A stretch of DNA of 62,530 bases, the filler included, from Sphacelaria rigidula (Eukaryota), in assembly GCA_964200075.2 (NCBI GenBank). It is 9 parts of 9 records of this genome, joined end to end, with 100 filler letters (N's around TTAATTAATTAA, not from the genome) between each part and the next. Parts side by side here need not be neighbours in the genome. Positions count along the whole stretch, not along the records: positions 48,714 to 55,572 come from CAXNAA020017731.1; positions 55,673 to 62,530 come from CAXNAA020017732.1; 7 more parts are not named here. One strand, 5' to 3'. A program made the translations under genes and the position numbers. This document shows positions 48,726-61,562 of the stretch, in pieces. The first letter of the stretch is position 1, and every line of letters begins with the position of its first letter. The notes below the pieces were generated by a model. The model did no database searches and had not been told where the DNA came from. It saw nothing but the letters and a program-made list of their open reading frames with translations.

Positions 48726-48781
48726 GTTTTGGGCTTGAGCCTCATCTCGAAGTTAAACCTCAATTCTCACAATTTGTTGTT
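48726..48781 (+). repeat. Dispersed repeat end matching 27681-27736
   Basis: 56-nt match with one mismatch, ending in TTGTTGTT. Confidence 0.9.
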
Positions 48782-49005
48782 CTTTGTCTGGTATTCTGTG
48801 TTGCAACGATGGAATGATGGCGTCTGCCTTAGTGTGTTCAATGTGTGATTAACTGAGTGTTTTCAGGTGAAAGCTGCCGGTCGAATCACAAGCCCTGCAA
48901 CACAGAGTATACAGAGAACGAGGTTATTCATTCATTACGGTGTAGGGGTATGGTTATGGGGAGTTTTTACTTTGCTAGGCTGTAGTATAAACATGTACTG
49001 CACAC

Positions 49006-50713
49006 CTTATTTCCCAAGAGGACGACGGGAAGTGGCTCGCCATTTGGCAACGTGACGTTGTTATCTAACTCCTTCTTCCACTGCAGAAAATACGCAGCGT
49101 ACACGAGAACGACATGGAAATTGGACAAATTGTGAAGTCGCGAAACACATATTGTCTGATCGCATGAGTATGAAACCCCGCGTGCTCGTGGCAAATAGAT
49201 GAGCTGGATGATTCCGTGTTGAGAGGATACTGGATCTCAATACATTTGAGCGATTGGTGCAAAGGGCGTCGAAAGTTATACTCCACCTAGCCTGCTTCAT
49301 TGCTCGTACCCAAAGTACCCTGATGGTTGCAGCCTACGTTACTCCGACCGTATTGCGGATCGTCCGTGGTGTGCGTATGGAACATTACTGAACGTATCTA
49401 TACCAAGTTCATGGATGACCTTCGCGGCGGAATTGAATGTCTCCGGACGAGAGATGTCGTACACGATGAGCGCTCCAAGCGCCCCCTTGTAGTACACCTG
49501 TGGTGCAGTAAACGTTGGCAATCGAGAACAGCGAAAAACTTACTTTACATCACAAAGTTCGACGATATTGCTGAGGTGATCCTTTTAGCATCATCGGTAG
49601 AAGATAGCGTGAAACACGTAGTGGCTCCAGCAAACAACCTCGAATCATGTGCTCTCGCACACAAGCCTTGTAAAGAAGTCGCTATTGCGGAAGCTTCACG
49701 TGACTGTCGTGTTGCTCCATGACCTACGCAGCATTTTCTTCCATATTTGATCCTGAACGTGGTTGTTGACGTCGCATGGTGGCGGGACACTGTACGGTGG
49801 TATTCACTCCGTAGGATATATTGTCGACGAGTAAACGGATGCGGTGCCGACAGGTGAACGCATTCGATATGTGCTCACCCTATTTATTTTCTTCGACCTG
49901 TCCTGCCCCGCCATGTCCCATAACTGAACATGCACGGTATGAACCGTTGCCCCACGGCTTGCGTCCACCGCTATCTCCTTCAGAAAAAAATCTACTCCAA
50001 CTGTCGGCTGATGTACCGGAGAGAAAATGTTGTCGACATACCTGTAGAGCACACAGCACAACCGTCAACATTTGTTGCTGCTTTCACACCTTTTGAATGC
50101 ATGGTCGTGTGGTTTCGTGGTACAATTTTGTGCATACAGGATTCAGTACAAATGTGCTGCAGAGCCAACTCAAAAGATGACAGAGCACCGCTCGACTGGT
50201 GCCGAAACGTTTGTACATCGATGTGGACGGTAGCTCTCGAACACAGTGTGAACGGGTACTGCAGAGCGATCGGCAGCGTACAAATGAGCTCTGTCGGCGG
50301 TTTGACGGTTCCCGCATACACCGTGCTTCGCCGTTTTGATCGCCACTGAATCAATCGATCATGACCTATCGCGTGGATGGCTTCAGTGTTGCGTTTAGAG
50401 CCGATCAGGTCAAAAATCCGATCAAGAGTGGCGTGCATTCAAGGAATTCGTTAGGGCATCTAGAAGGAGTAAACACAGGCGTATAATACCACATTGAATC
50501 TCTTGATCGTGAAGAAGGTGACCTGTTGTTGAAGGTAATCGTTTCTATTATTTGGTGAAAGGAACTGTCCGCAAAATTAGGGATGCGAGGTCCCTTATAT
50601 AGGTACGCACCACGGTACCTGCGTATGACGGACGTTTTCCCCACAGCGGCATCTCCCAAGACAAGAATCTTAATCACCGGTGGACTGCTGTCCGTGGCTG
50701 CAGCCATCGACAT
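49006..50713 (-). CDS. Rab32/Rab38-family small GTPase, 3'-partial; exons 50713-50619, 50041-49879, 49497-49420, 49080-49006
   Basis: Phase-consistent GT-AG splicing gives KILVLGDAAVGKTS (G1), PTVGVDF (G2), QLWDMAGQ (G3), VYYKGALGA and WKKELDNNVTLPNGEPLPVVLLGNK (G4 start). The LPNG.P.P.VLL.NK segment is typical of Rab32/38/7L1. Confidence 0.9.
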
Positions 50714-50832
50714 GTTCGAAACATTGATGAAAACTTCCCCTTTCCACCGGAAAAGCTCGCTCTGCTTGAGAACACAGCGCTCGAGCCGTTGCTATTGTTC
50801 ATGTGATAGCTGTCGCTTTGAATCGCCATAGT

Positions 50833-50860
50833 ATGCGGCGCAATTCGATGCGGCGCAATT
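50833..50860. promoter_or_regulatory. Tandem 13-bp direct repeat ATGCGGCGCAATT in the divergent intergenic region
   Basis: Exact copies at 50833-50845 and 50848-50860, midway between two divergent ATGs. Confidence 0.45.
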
Positions 50861-50943
50861 AGGATGTGGGGTGATCAGCTCCCTCTGCCGAAAAACGAGT
50901 GAACGCATATTAATAGGTAGAAGAAAGCACCAGAAGGAGCTGA

Positions 50944-53900
50944 ATGAGTGGCGATCTCCTCCGCCGTGGTGCCATATTCGGTGACGTGGACAATATTAAA
51001 TGCCAGCTTGAACAAGGTTCCAACCCTTGTTCTGTGGACGTGAGCTAACCTATATCCACCCTACTGTGCGATTGATCCGTGTCGATCAAGACTACTACTC
51101 GCGAAGGCGCCCTGTGTTAGGATCATCTTCGATCAATAGATACCCTACTATAGCATGCAGCTTCGCTGTACCTATTGCCGGTTTCTTCGTCAAACCTAGA
51201 CTTAGGCCATAATAGGCAACGTATGTGAGGCAAGAGGTATGATCCACGCAGGAGTCACCGCCAGCATCTACCCAGTTTTCAGTGAACCTGTAGGTCTGTT
51301 TCGGAACAGTAATTGTTTGGCGATGACGTCCCGTCCAAGATACTACGAATGAAGGAGGGGGAGACGAGACTTTTGTGCGATTACTCGTCTTATGCAATCT
51401 GCGTGTACTGTAAAGTGATGTTTATATATATATATATATATTAATGAGAGTATCCCATCTGTTAGTGAAGGGCGTCAACGAATGAAATCCACGTAATAGG
51501 CATCCTGACAGATATGTGCAACCGTGGGATTCGGTGGTTCTACAAAACTTACATGAGACAGATACGCAACATGAGCCAGATTTGTAATAAATCGGGTAGA
51601 AAATACTGGCGGGTTTTCACCTGTCAACTCCGTTTCTGCGGTCTCCGACGGCTTCAATTGGCATTGCCTTCATTTTTCCAAGTGTGGTACGCCCGCTCAT
51701 GGAGGGTGCCTCGTTGTATTGACGGGCGGGCACACTACAGCGGCTCTCATACTAGACAATTGTCCGTCGCTGCATCCTCGGGTGACAGGAGTTCGGCTTG
51801 TCCGCTCTCCATTATGCGGCCTTTAATGGTCACATTCGATGTGTTGAAGTGCTGTGCGTCAATGACATCGGTCGAGACCTGAATGGAAAGCAGCGAAGTT
51901 GCATCGACTTGCAAAGTTGTAAGGGGTACACGGCGCTTCACCTCGCAGCATTTGACGGCGTCGAGGGTGAGAGATATATGCGACGTTGCCACAATCTTTT
52001 AAGTTTCGTTTTTATTGACTCCGTGGAGAGAGTGCGTCGTGAGCACAAGAAATAACGCAGAACCCAGCTCTTCTCTTGGTGATATCCAGCAACTATCCCG
52101 CAGCTACGGTATTAACACGCGACTTCTTCGATAAATGTGAAGACTAAAAACCTCACTCTGTGAACTCGTGTCGGTAACATAAAAATGAGTTGAGTGTTAT
52201 GGGATCAAGTTATCAGCGCGTAAGCACCAAACACCGTGAACGGGTCGTGGTACTTCCATTTGATACCCCCATTGGACACTATCTTGCACTCTGTGACATC
52301 GTCCCTTTCAGCAGGATATTCCAGAGCATATTACCGTTGGTAGTGCGACGGCAGTGCAGGGTTTGCTTCATGATATACTTCAACGCCACGGAGGGAGCAT
52401 GGAAGTGTGTATTCTTTGCCGGAATATTTTGATAAGATACTGACGCATCAATATCCTTGCTATGAAACGTCTAGTCGACAATACATCAATCTACCGTGCT
52501 CTCTCATCACTCAGGGGTCGAAGTTATCAACGTTCTGGTCAAGGCTGGGGCCAATCGAACACTTCGAGACGCGTACGGGAAGACTGCAGCAGAAGCAGCC
52601 TCCAAGGCTGGAAGGCATGATTGCGTAAGCGCGCTAAACCTGGAGATGGCAGACAAAAAGGTCAATGCTACTACTGTGTGTGCGTTTACTACCGGTGGAT
52701 TGCAGCGAGCGCGACGAGTGCATAGTTGCTCGGACGGCATCGTGTCATCTAATTGATGCCGTTGTGGTGGCTCTGAGCGCCGAATAAATGTAGAAGGTTT
52801 TCTGCTTCTAGAATTTCGTTACGTAATACTCGCACGCTTACCTGGACGCTCTAATTTCATCACTCTTCAAATGAATTGTATAACTGATATTAAGTTATCA
52901 TGACTTGAAGGATCTTGAGGACTACCGGCGGAAGATGAAGGATATCCTCAGGGTGCAGCGGGCGCAGCTTACGGTGGGAAATGCCGGCGAGAGGAAGGTG
53001 AAAGTATCACTCGCTCTCGTTCGTTAGTCACAGCGTGTGGAGTTTTTCGCCGCTTTGCCATTTTTCATTGCTGACACTTGTCGCAAAGTGAAAACTCAAT
53101 TGGACAGCTCGCCCTCTTAAAGGGAGAATAGCGTTACGGCACCATCCAGGGAATCCACCGATGCTATCATGTATTCATGATCGGTCTTGACTTGTAACAC
53201 TTTCCCCCGATGTTGACTCGATAACTCACACTTGTTCTCTTACTCCTTGTGCGTCGGGGACGACGATGTCTGGCAACAGCGGAGAGCACCGAAGCCAAAG
53301 GATCTGGCGATGTACGAAGACGAGATAGTTCCATTCAGCGAGACGGTGAGTACGATCAAGCGTGCAAAAAACAGTTATTTCAGTCGTCGCCGAGTTTTCC
53401 CCACCGATTCCCTTTGACATGGTAAAAACAATACATATATATAGCACTGATTCCATTGCTAGGTGCGGTGCATGTACAGCGCAGCATGTGAGAGCTGTTT
53501 GCGTGAGACCATAGCTTTACTCTGCACAGTTTCCACAATATCCCATTTTTGGAGACCTAAAACATTTTACAACGTCTCATTTCTGGAGACCTATGCGTGC
53601 ACTCGCCGTATGTATAAAAGTTGAGTCGTAGCGTGCATCACAGTATGTATCAATTTATCCAGAAACTTCGGTGTCGTTTCTTGCCGTAATAGTTGTCGCG
53701 TCTTTGCTCGCGTGCCTCAACGTATCTCCACAGCACTTTGCTGGAAAGCACGAGAAGGAAACGATCCAGAATCTTGTCATCGCGACGAAAGAGGTACACA
53801 TATGATTGTCAGTGCCATTCGAAGCAATCGTGTTGTCGACCTTGGTGAAATGTTGTCGTGTGTGCTTGCTCTCATAAAATTGTTACCCAAGTCGAATGCA

Positions 53901-54242
53901 CTAAACACTAGGATTGCTTGCCAGGATTTTTGTAAGTGTACGGATGAAGTGCGCGCACGTGATCTGTGTGCTCGTTTCCGTCTCCTGGATCGAGAAAATG
54001 CCTGAAATCGATCTCAACATGCTCTTTTCGCCGTGTCCTACACCGAATAATGCATCATACGTATTCGCACACCATCCTTACGCGATAGTTATTTGTGCAA
54101 TCTTTGATGTTTCTCCCCCGTCTTCTTGCTGCTACACACTCGTGTTCTCCTTCAGGCTTCCATCAATGAGAGGAGACGGAAAGTTTTAATTGATTCCCAA
54201 GAGGCTACACTTCAGCAAGCTATGAACTCCAAATTTATCTGA
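50944..54242 (+). CDS. Ankyrin-repeat protein, about 239 aa, 7 exons: 50944-51039, 51789-51966, 52515-52660, 52911-52997, 53280-53345, 53734-53793, 54156-54242
   Basis: All junctions are GT-AG and phase-compatible: MSGDLLRRGAIFGDVDNIKCQLEQGSNPCSVD-EFGLSALHYAAFNGHIRCVEVL...GYTALHLAA...-VLVKAGANRTLRDAYGKTAAEAA...stop. The exon 5 acceptor is the least certain. Confidence 0.85.
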
Positions 54243-55251
54243 AACCACCGCGTCTGTTGTGCCGTGGTTATGCTGCGTGCCGGATAGCCACATCATTTGT
54301 GGATATATTTACAGCAGGCGCTACAGTGCTCGCGTTGTCGGGCTTTACGCAAAATGACCTATTCTGATGTACTGTTAAACTAGAGATCATATACAGAAGT
54401 GCCACACCAGCGCAAGTGAGCCTCTATCGGTGGATAGGTGTCAGAAGACTTGCCTGCACAATGCTCTGGATGAGCCAGGCGTGTAAAAAATGGCGGAGCA
54501 CGTACTGAGAATCACCGCCTTCTTTGCACCTCGAGGAGTAGGAAATCGTCACAAGACACATCATACACCAGTAAGATCGGGTGCACAGCGGGCAAACTCA
54601 GTTTCACCGCAGTTCGTCGAAATTGCAGTAGATGCGCCTTGCCTACAGCTCTGGGCTACCACACCTCATCACAGCTTGAGGACGATTCCAGTTTCACAGC
54701 GACACAAGTGATTACAAAACCGCGGGGCAATTTCTTAGCTACCTACTACTCGCCCACATCGCACACGGATTCCAGGCAATGGCTAGCACCAGGCTATATT
54801 CAGTCATCTATATGTTGCCGGCTTGTCAATGCACCTCGCAATATCAACACAAGGCGTTTTTGGTGGGTGGAACTATCTTGGTTGCTAGTGTGCACTGCTT
54901 TCAATTGGGCCAAGTCAGATTCTTCCTTGGGGGCTGGGGTCGTGTGCCAGTCATTGACGTCTTCCTACTGTATTTCGTTATAAATACAACTTTAACTCTT
55001 GAAAAATGAGATGGATATCACTCAGTGACGGTATGAGATTACAAGAAAAATGGTTGCCGCGTAACCTCGGTGCTGTATATTCAGTTTTACGGATAGTGTA
55101 ACCTACCGGCGGTAATTACTGACGCTTGCCTGTGTTCACAGTCATCGTTTACATAGATATTATGATAAAATATTGTAGTGTTGAGCAAACTTTGCATGCA
55201 CACTACTTGCTCGTTCAGTGCCTTTGTCGGGCGAATCATCCGATTATGTGC

Positions 55252-55445
55252 ATGTTGTCTTACTATCTATCCTGGAAGCCAGTCTACAGCTCTCGGTATG
55301 TGGGGGCGCGTCTACCGGGGTATCATGGGAGGAAAGTCATGTACGGGAATAAAAAAGAATCTCCACCTGCCTTCTGCGGTGCTTGCCTTCATTTTTATCA
55401 CGAGGAGGGTTAGACATTTACTCGTCGACCGTGAAGTCGAGATTT
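55252..55445 (+). repeat. Dispersed repeat (SINE/non-autonomous element-like), related to 61396-61562
   Basis: TGTTGTC...ATCTATCCTGGA.GCC.GTCTACA ... CTCCACCT.CCTTCT.CGG.GCTTGCCTT ... CTCGTCGACC present in both contigs. Confidence 0.75.
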
Positions 55446-55535
55446 TATGGGAGAGGAATCAAAAGCCGAAACAACGACGCCAGGGGATAGGCCGGCGCAC
55501 AAAACAAAAACCCCAAACAGGCAGTACCGCCCGCT

Positions 55536-55572
55536 GAGTGATGCTACGGTAGGGGTACAGAAATAATTTCTG
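55536..55572. mobile_element. Left terminus of the GRG-TIR element family, at the contig end
   Basis: GAGTGATGCTACGGTAGGGGTACAGAAATAATTTCTG matches 35139-35175. Confidence 0.8.
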
Positions 55573-56816
55573 NNNNNNNNNNNNNNNNNNNNNNNNNNNN
55601 NNNNNNNNNNNNNNNNTTAATTAATTAANNNNNNNNNNNNNNNNNNNNNNNNNNNNNNNNNNNNNNNNNNNNACCCGCCCGCTGCGGGGTTTCATTTTCG
55701 GTACACCCATGACGTGTGCGTCTGGAGTCTTCTTTGGTCTTCCACAGTGAAAATGGTTGCCGTCGGTCTTTTCTGTTCCTCTCTCTTCTTTCATGTCACA
55801 ACTTGAAATAATGAGGCGTCTGGCCCGGAGACGGGAGGGGAGGGTTCCAAAAGGGTTCAACGATCGGGGGCGTAGGACGAACCACGGCTATCAGAGAAGG
55901 CCATTGACGTGGCACCGCCTCTTCTTTGAAATGCGCACAGAATTTTTGGTCTTCGCGTGAGAAAGAAAAAAACTCGTGGAAGTCCGACGAGTACGCAATT
56001 CGTTGCGAAGGGGATTGACCGACGCAACACAATCAAACAAAGATGAATGAAGAATGCATGCCCTCGAAGACAGGCGAGGGTGTGACCAACCGGCAATAAC
56101 CACCCCCGTTAGCCGTCCCCCCCGGACACCGCAACCCACGACAACCCAGCCAAGGGTCGCAGAAAGACGAAAGAAACACAGGCACAGTAGGCAGTAGTAT
56201 GACCGTTGCATTTGCTGAGTCGATGGAAAATCACTCGTGTCTTTTTACCGATATATATATATATATATGTGAGGAAGGCGTACCGCTGGAATAGCCAGAG
56301 ACCTACGGGGGAGACTGCCGCTCTGTAGCGATGATTTCCTCTTGTGTATGTAGGCAAGAAGAGGTCAGACGAGAGAAGTGGTCGCCAGGGGCGGCTAGTA
56401 CCTCGGGGGTTAATGGACCGTCCTAATATCAGGCTCTTCCTGGCATCACCTCGAGTTGTCTAAGTTTCGTCGGCATTACAGGGTCCTCGGTAATCTGGTC
56501 ATTCCGGATCGTTCCTACCTTGTCCCTGCTTGCGCTGGTTCTTCACACATGTGTGGCATCAGTCTCTGATGTGTCACTGCAAAGAGGTATCTTCCACGTG
56601 TATATACGTGCACATACGTCATGTTCTGCTTTTCCCCAGACATATTACAGCTTCCAAACAAGCCAGCAACGAAACCGTTCTAGCGATCATCCGGGTGAAT
56701 CTTCGGTAGCGGTGAAGCGGTGAACTTTCTACCAGAGAAAATATGAACGACGGCATAGACCTCGGCCCCGTCTCGTCGGATAATTCATCAGTCAAAATCA
56801 TGTTCAAACTGCTGAC

Positions 56817-56983
56817 CTTCCCCTAGAAGCGCACGCGCGGAGCGAGTTGTGGTAGTCTTCGACTGCGGGAGCAACACCCCGTCTGACCATGTCACGAAGC
56901 AAAGTAAGGCATGCGTCCACCTCTCCTGCAAACCCACACGCAGTTATCGCGCAACCGTAGTTCGTCCTATCTGGTGGAGTATC
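56817..56983 (-). CDS. Exon of a pentatricopeptide-repeat (PPR) protein
   Basis: AG|DTPPDRTNYGCAITACGFAGEVDACLTLLRDMVRRGVAPAVEDYHNSLRACASRG|GT fits the 35-aa PPR consensus (Y..AI.AC...G....L.LL..M...GV.P). Neighbouring exons not identified. Confidence 0.8.
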
Positions 56984-59900
56984 CTGGGGACAGCGACATG
57001 AGTAAATAAACGCGCGGAGGGGGAGGGGAAGAAGGATCATGTTTTCATTTCGAGCTACTCTGATAGCCCCCGGCAAATGCTGGTAATATATTTGAATTTT
57101 GATTGATTGTCGAATTCGAACTGATCCCCTGGCAGACGTACCCGAGACAAGAACAACACAGAAACACTCGCTGAAGAACAGCGAATAACAAAAGACAGGA
57201 GAGGTGAGTTAATCGAAACCCCATGTTACGGAGTCAGCCAGAGAATAGGGAAGTGCAGAACAAGTCATTCAACGATAGCTACGTGCTGCGACAGAAATCT
57301 TGGAAATACGATATTGGGCATTCTTCAGAGTTGAAGCACATGAGACCAATTGTAAGCAACATCGGCATGAACCCGAAGCGAAAAATGGCATAAGGTATCG
57401 TGATGACGTGGTGATCAGGGCTCGTTTTACCGAGACAAGAAAAGTGAGAACGGGCCTGAGAATGAGCCTCATTATTGTTTGGCGGGTTTGCTGATGGACA
57501 ACCAATCGGAAGGGCGAAAGAAGAAATATCACAAAAAAACGCTAGAGATATCCTCATTCTCAAAGCGCTTTCTCGCTTTGCTTTGCTCGTTAGACAGGCC
57601 CTTAAATCAATCGATGAAGCTGCCAAAGCATTCGCAGGCGTATGCAAACAAGCTGAAACGCTTTGCCAAGCGATCACACTACACATTGACACATTGTACA
57701 TATAGCCAAGTTACAGGTGGTGACACTGACTGAATGTACAGGAACAGTGCCAGCAGCCATGGGAGTTATGGAAGCACATTGTGGGGGAGTTGCGACGAAG
57801 GGAGTGTGAGTTATCGATACAAAATTCTTGAATGACATATTAGCAGTGTTACACGAGATATGGTCTGATGTTGCAGAGTATCCCACGCCTCTAACAGTCT
57901 CGAACAATCGATTCATACAAGCTATGCATTGAACATGGGGGATGACATTGTGAAGTGAGTTGAGGACGACACCCGGACTGTACCGACAGAGAGAGAGATT
58001 TTCAAGCTCAAGCCTCCAAGGCCTTGTGTTCATCACCCCCGACTTCTGATCTGATTGGTAAATGGAAAATGTTACCACAATACTTAACGCATGAAACTTT
58101 TCGACATTTTTCCCGCTCAAGTCAACGTGCAACAAAAAAAACAAGAAACGGGGCAAAGCCGCGCATACACTCAGCTTTGTGGTGTAATAAAACCTTGTGA
58201 ACTGCTTGAGGATAGAGATCGAGATTTCACAGTATAGTGATACAACAGCGGCGTCGATTCGCAAAATATTACCAGTTGTGCCAAATTTGGTGGGGATACA
58301 GATAAGTAGGCATTTACAAGAATCAGCCCTGCACCCATCTTGGCCAACGTCCGTGAATCCATATGAGCTAGATTTCCCTGAGAGGCAACGTGTAGCGCCA
58401 GACAGACTTTGCCTGGACAAATACGCTAACCTGGATGGTCGCACTATTCGAATTGAAGAATAAGAGATACGGAGGACTTTTTGCATATCGACAGTCCGCA
58501 GGTCCATTATTGGAGTCGGGTAAAAAAGTTTGAGTAGACAAGTGGGATATCAACGCACCGATGGTTCAAACCTCAGAGAGTTAACAAAATACGACGGCGT
58601 ACTGGTAAGTAACTCAGACACGATGATGTTGGACGAAAATGGCACAAACATCATATTTATAGACACGGGGTACAAGATCATAGCCAGAACATATGCACAG
58701 TAACGGGGTGAATGTCTCCATCTGTCATGATGACCGGCATGGCATGCTACAACCGACTGGGTTTCGTAACTTGCCGCCTCTTGAAAAAACTGCGTCCCGC
58801 AAATATTTATATATATATAGGTACCGGTCATATGACTGACAACTACTATACGTAGATTAACCAAGAAGGAGATTTTTTTTTCTCGGTTTAGTCGCGTCCG
58901 CTGCCAATCTGTTTGCTTCAAACATTGATCAAATGTTTACGAGCGAAGATGAGGATGGCGTGGATTGGAGGGAAAAATTCCGAATAAATAGGTCATTGAC
59001 TAATGATGGATGAGATCAAGCGAGACATGTGCGTCGTCGCTACTTTTTGCTTTACCTTTGCATAATAAATCAAAAGGTAAACTTCCTCAGCAAGACGTGA
59101 AACTGTTACATTTTGACCCGTGAAAGTTATTCGTTTGGGGAGATGGTGAATACTAATTCCCTCCTCTAAATGATCACTTTCTCCCTTCAAGGGTTGGCGT
59201 CGGTTAGCAACAACACCGTAAAACACGCCACTCACTGCGTGACGTGAACAACCAGGTAACATTTCTTTTTTCTCGCTTTCGTTTTTTTTTTGCGGTAACC
59301 ATGATGGTCGAGTTGATCATATCATGCGGGGTTTAAGAGTGTCAACTCCGCGCAAAGTGGATGATCGCACTACGAAGTGTTGAAACGGTGAGATACCCAT
59401 GAGACAGTACAACCCTTGACTGTGTTCGGACGTGACGATATCAGAAAAAAAATGCAACTCATTCAAGGCTGCCGTCCATGGGCAACATAATAAGTACGCT
59501 CCGGGTCGAACAACCTTTGCAGGATGCAGGTCAGCCCTCATGGGACTCGCTGAACGCATCACGGCCCTTCGTGCTCGGTGATGGCGAGCCTGGTCCGGCG
59601 AAAACACAGCATGCTCCGCCTCGGTTTTGTAGGGTGCGATGTCAATGGTCTTACGACTATAGCATGCAAGGTCATGAGTACACCCACACACCCTAAACGA
59701 TAATTTCTCGAGTGACGATAGGATGTGCACTTTGTTTCGTTTGACTTCATTTATTCTACTCAAAACATTCGATGTACACCTTATGTCTTGTCTTACGACT
59801 CCGATGGGCCTACTTAGAATGGAAGGGGAAACGCGATGCACGCATGATCAGAGCATACGCGACAGTCTACATTCCCAACACCACACGCCCACAGCCAGTT

Positions 59901-60439
59901 CCGAAGCCCGGGATCAGTCCCCACTTCTCGTCATACACCGCCCATCAGCCCAAGAATTCGTAAATCACCGTCGTTCACGTCAATCTTCGCTGCCAGTCAC
60001 TCCACCCGCCGTTTTTCATTTCATTCGAAAAATTACAATCCTAGATCCTGTGATGACCGGTCTACACCAGAGAGGGCGGTTGTCCCAAACCTCCACAGCG
60101 AACAGACGAGAGTTGGCTCTCTACTGTGAGAGTAAATACGTCGACCTTCACGGTGTATGATGTGGGTTGTGCGCAGAAGTCGAGACGGGGGGCGGGCCAC
60201 CCGACCCCAGTCCCCAGGACGTTTGATTGCATCAACGTGAGCTGGCCTAGAACCAATCATATTAGGCCACGTCCCACCTTAGCATGACACATGCCCTGCC
60301 AATCGGGAAACACGGGTCGCGTTGGGTGCGGCGGACCATGAGAGTGCCTCTTGACCCTTTTGGAACCCGCGAAAACGAGTACAAACTCCTATATTCGAGT
60401 TCGGTGTACGAATCTGTTACATTTAGTTTACTGTCGGTC

Positions 60440-60509
60440 GCCCCGGTGGCTCAGTCGGTAACCTCGAAACCCTCTGACGGTTGGGTCGTGGGTTCGAACC
60501 TCGGAGCGA
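60440..60509 (+). pseudogene. tRNA-derived Pol III-like sequence (pseudo-tRNA or SINE head)
   Basis: A box TGGCTCAGTCGG, B box GGTTCGAACC and a downstream T run. The D stem and the 3' side of the T stem do not pair. Confidence 0.55.
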
Positions 60510-61395
60510 TCTGGGATTTTTTTTCATGCCCAACCGTTATGCCCGTGAATGGGGGCCTTGGCGACCAAAACTCCGCGGGCAACACGGAAACAATTGAATG
60601 CGGGGGGATATTGAAGACGTATTGAAGACGTCATAGACTGCTCGGACCTGTGCCGAACCTCTGCCGAACCTCTGCCGAACAGAACACACGCTACATCCCA
60701 AGTTACCTAGGTTTAGTATGCGACAGCTGTTATTTTTTCTCGAGACAGGGAGTAAACCGGCCTGCGGCACTTCACAGCCCCCCGCACACACACTACACCT
60801 ACTCAGTGTGGCGACGTGGTTACTCAATTCGCCACAGCGGATTCGAACAGCTACAGAACGTTGAAGGAAAGGTGTTTTTTTATTACATCTTGTGTTTGGT
60901 GCAGCGGTTTGCAAAGTACTGCGGCCTCCGCGGCACGCGTTACGGAAACCTGCTGCCACGCTGAATAGTTCTGGTGTGTGGGGAGCGCACGCATCAAACC
61001 GCAGTCCAAACCTCTGCTTCGTTGCCGAGAAAAATGCGTTGAAAGACAAGCACAACAACATACTGCAACAAGAGGGGCACAACAACAACACGAGCAGCAG
61101 CTTCTATCCTCCTGTTGTTGTTACCCTGTGTACAGGTGTACAGCAACGTCAGTCACAGGTTTGTTGTAGAATATACTTTAGTAGTACATTTTGTACGAGC
61201 GCCGTCGTCATTTCGAGTGACGCGTGTACTTGTGATTGATACTGGCTGGCTCATCTAGGTTTCACTTCTTCTGCATTCAACTGACTGTGTAGTTGGTCGG
61301 TCCATTTTCCCGATATGTAGTGCCCAAAATCGGGGCCCATTCACGGGCATAAAAGTGGAGAGCTACTATGCCGTGGGTACACAGTATTCAGCTGA

Positions 61396-61562
61396 ATGGT
61401 CGACGAGGGAATGGGACTGCTGAACCCCTTCCGCGATAGAAAAATAAAGGCAAGCGCCGTAGAAGGGAGGTGGAGTATTAAAAAAAAAAGTAACTCCTTT
61501 ACTGGCCCATATATACCGAAAGGTGTAGACCGGCGTCCAGGATAGATGGGATGACAACACAC
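61396..61562 (-). repeat. Dispersed repeat related to 55252-55445
   Basis: Reverse strand GTGTTGTCATCCCATCTATCCTGGACGCCGGTCTACA...CTCCACCTCCCTTCTACGGCGCTTGCCTT...CCCTCGTCGACC. Confidence 0.75.
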
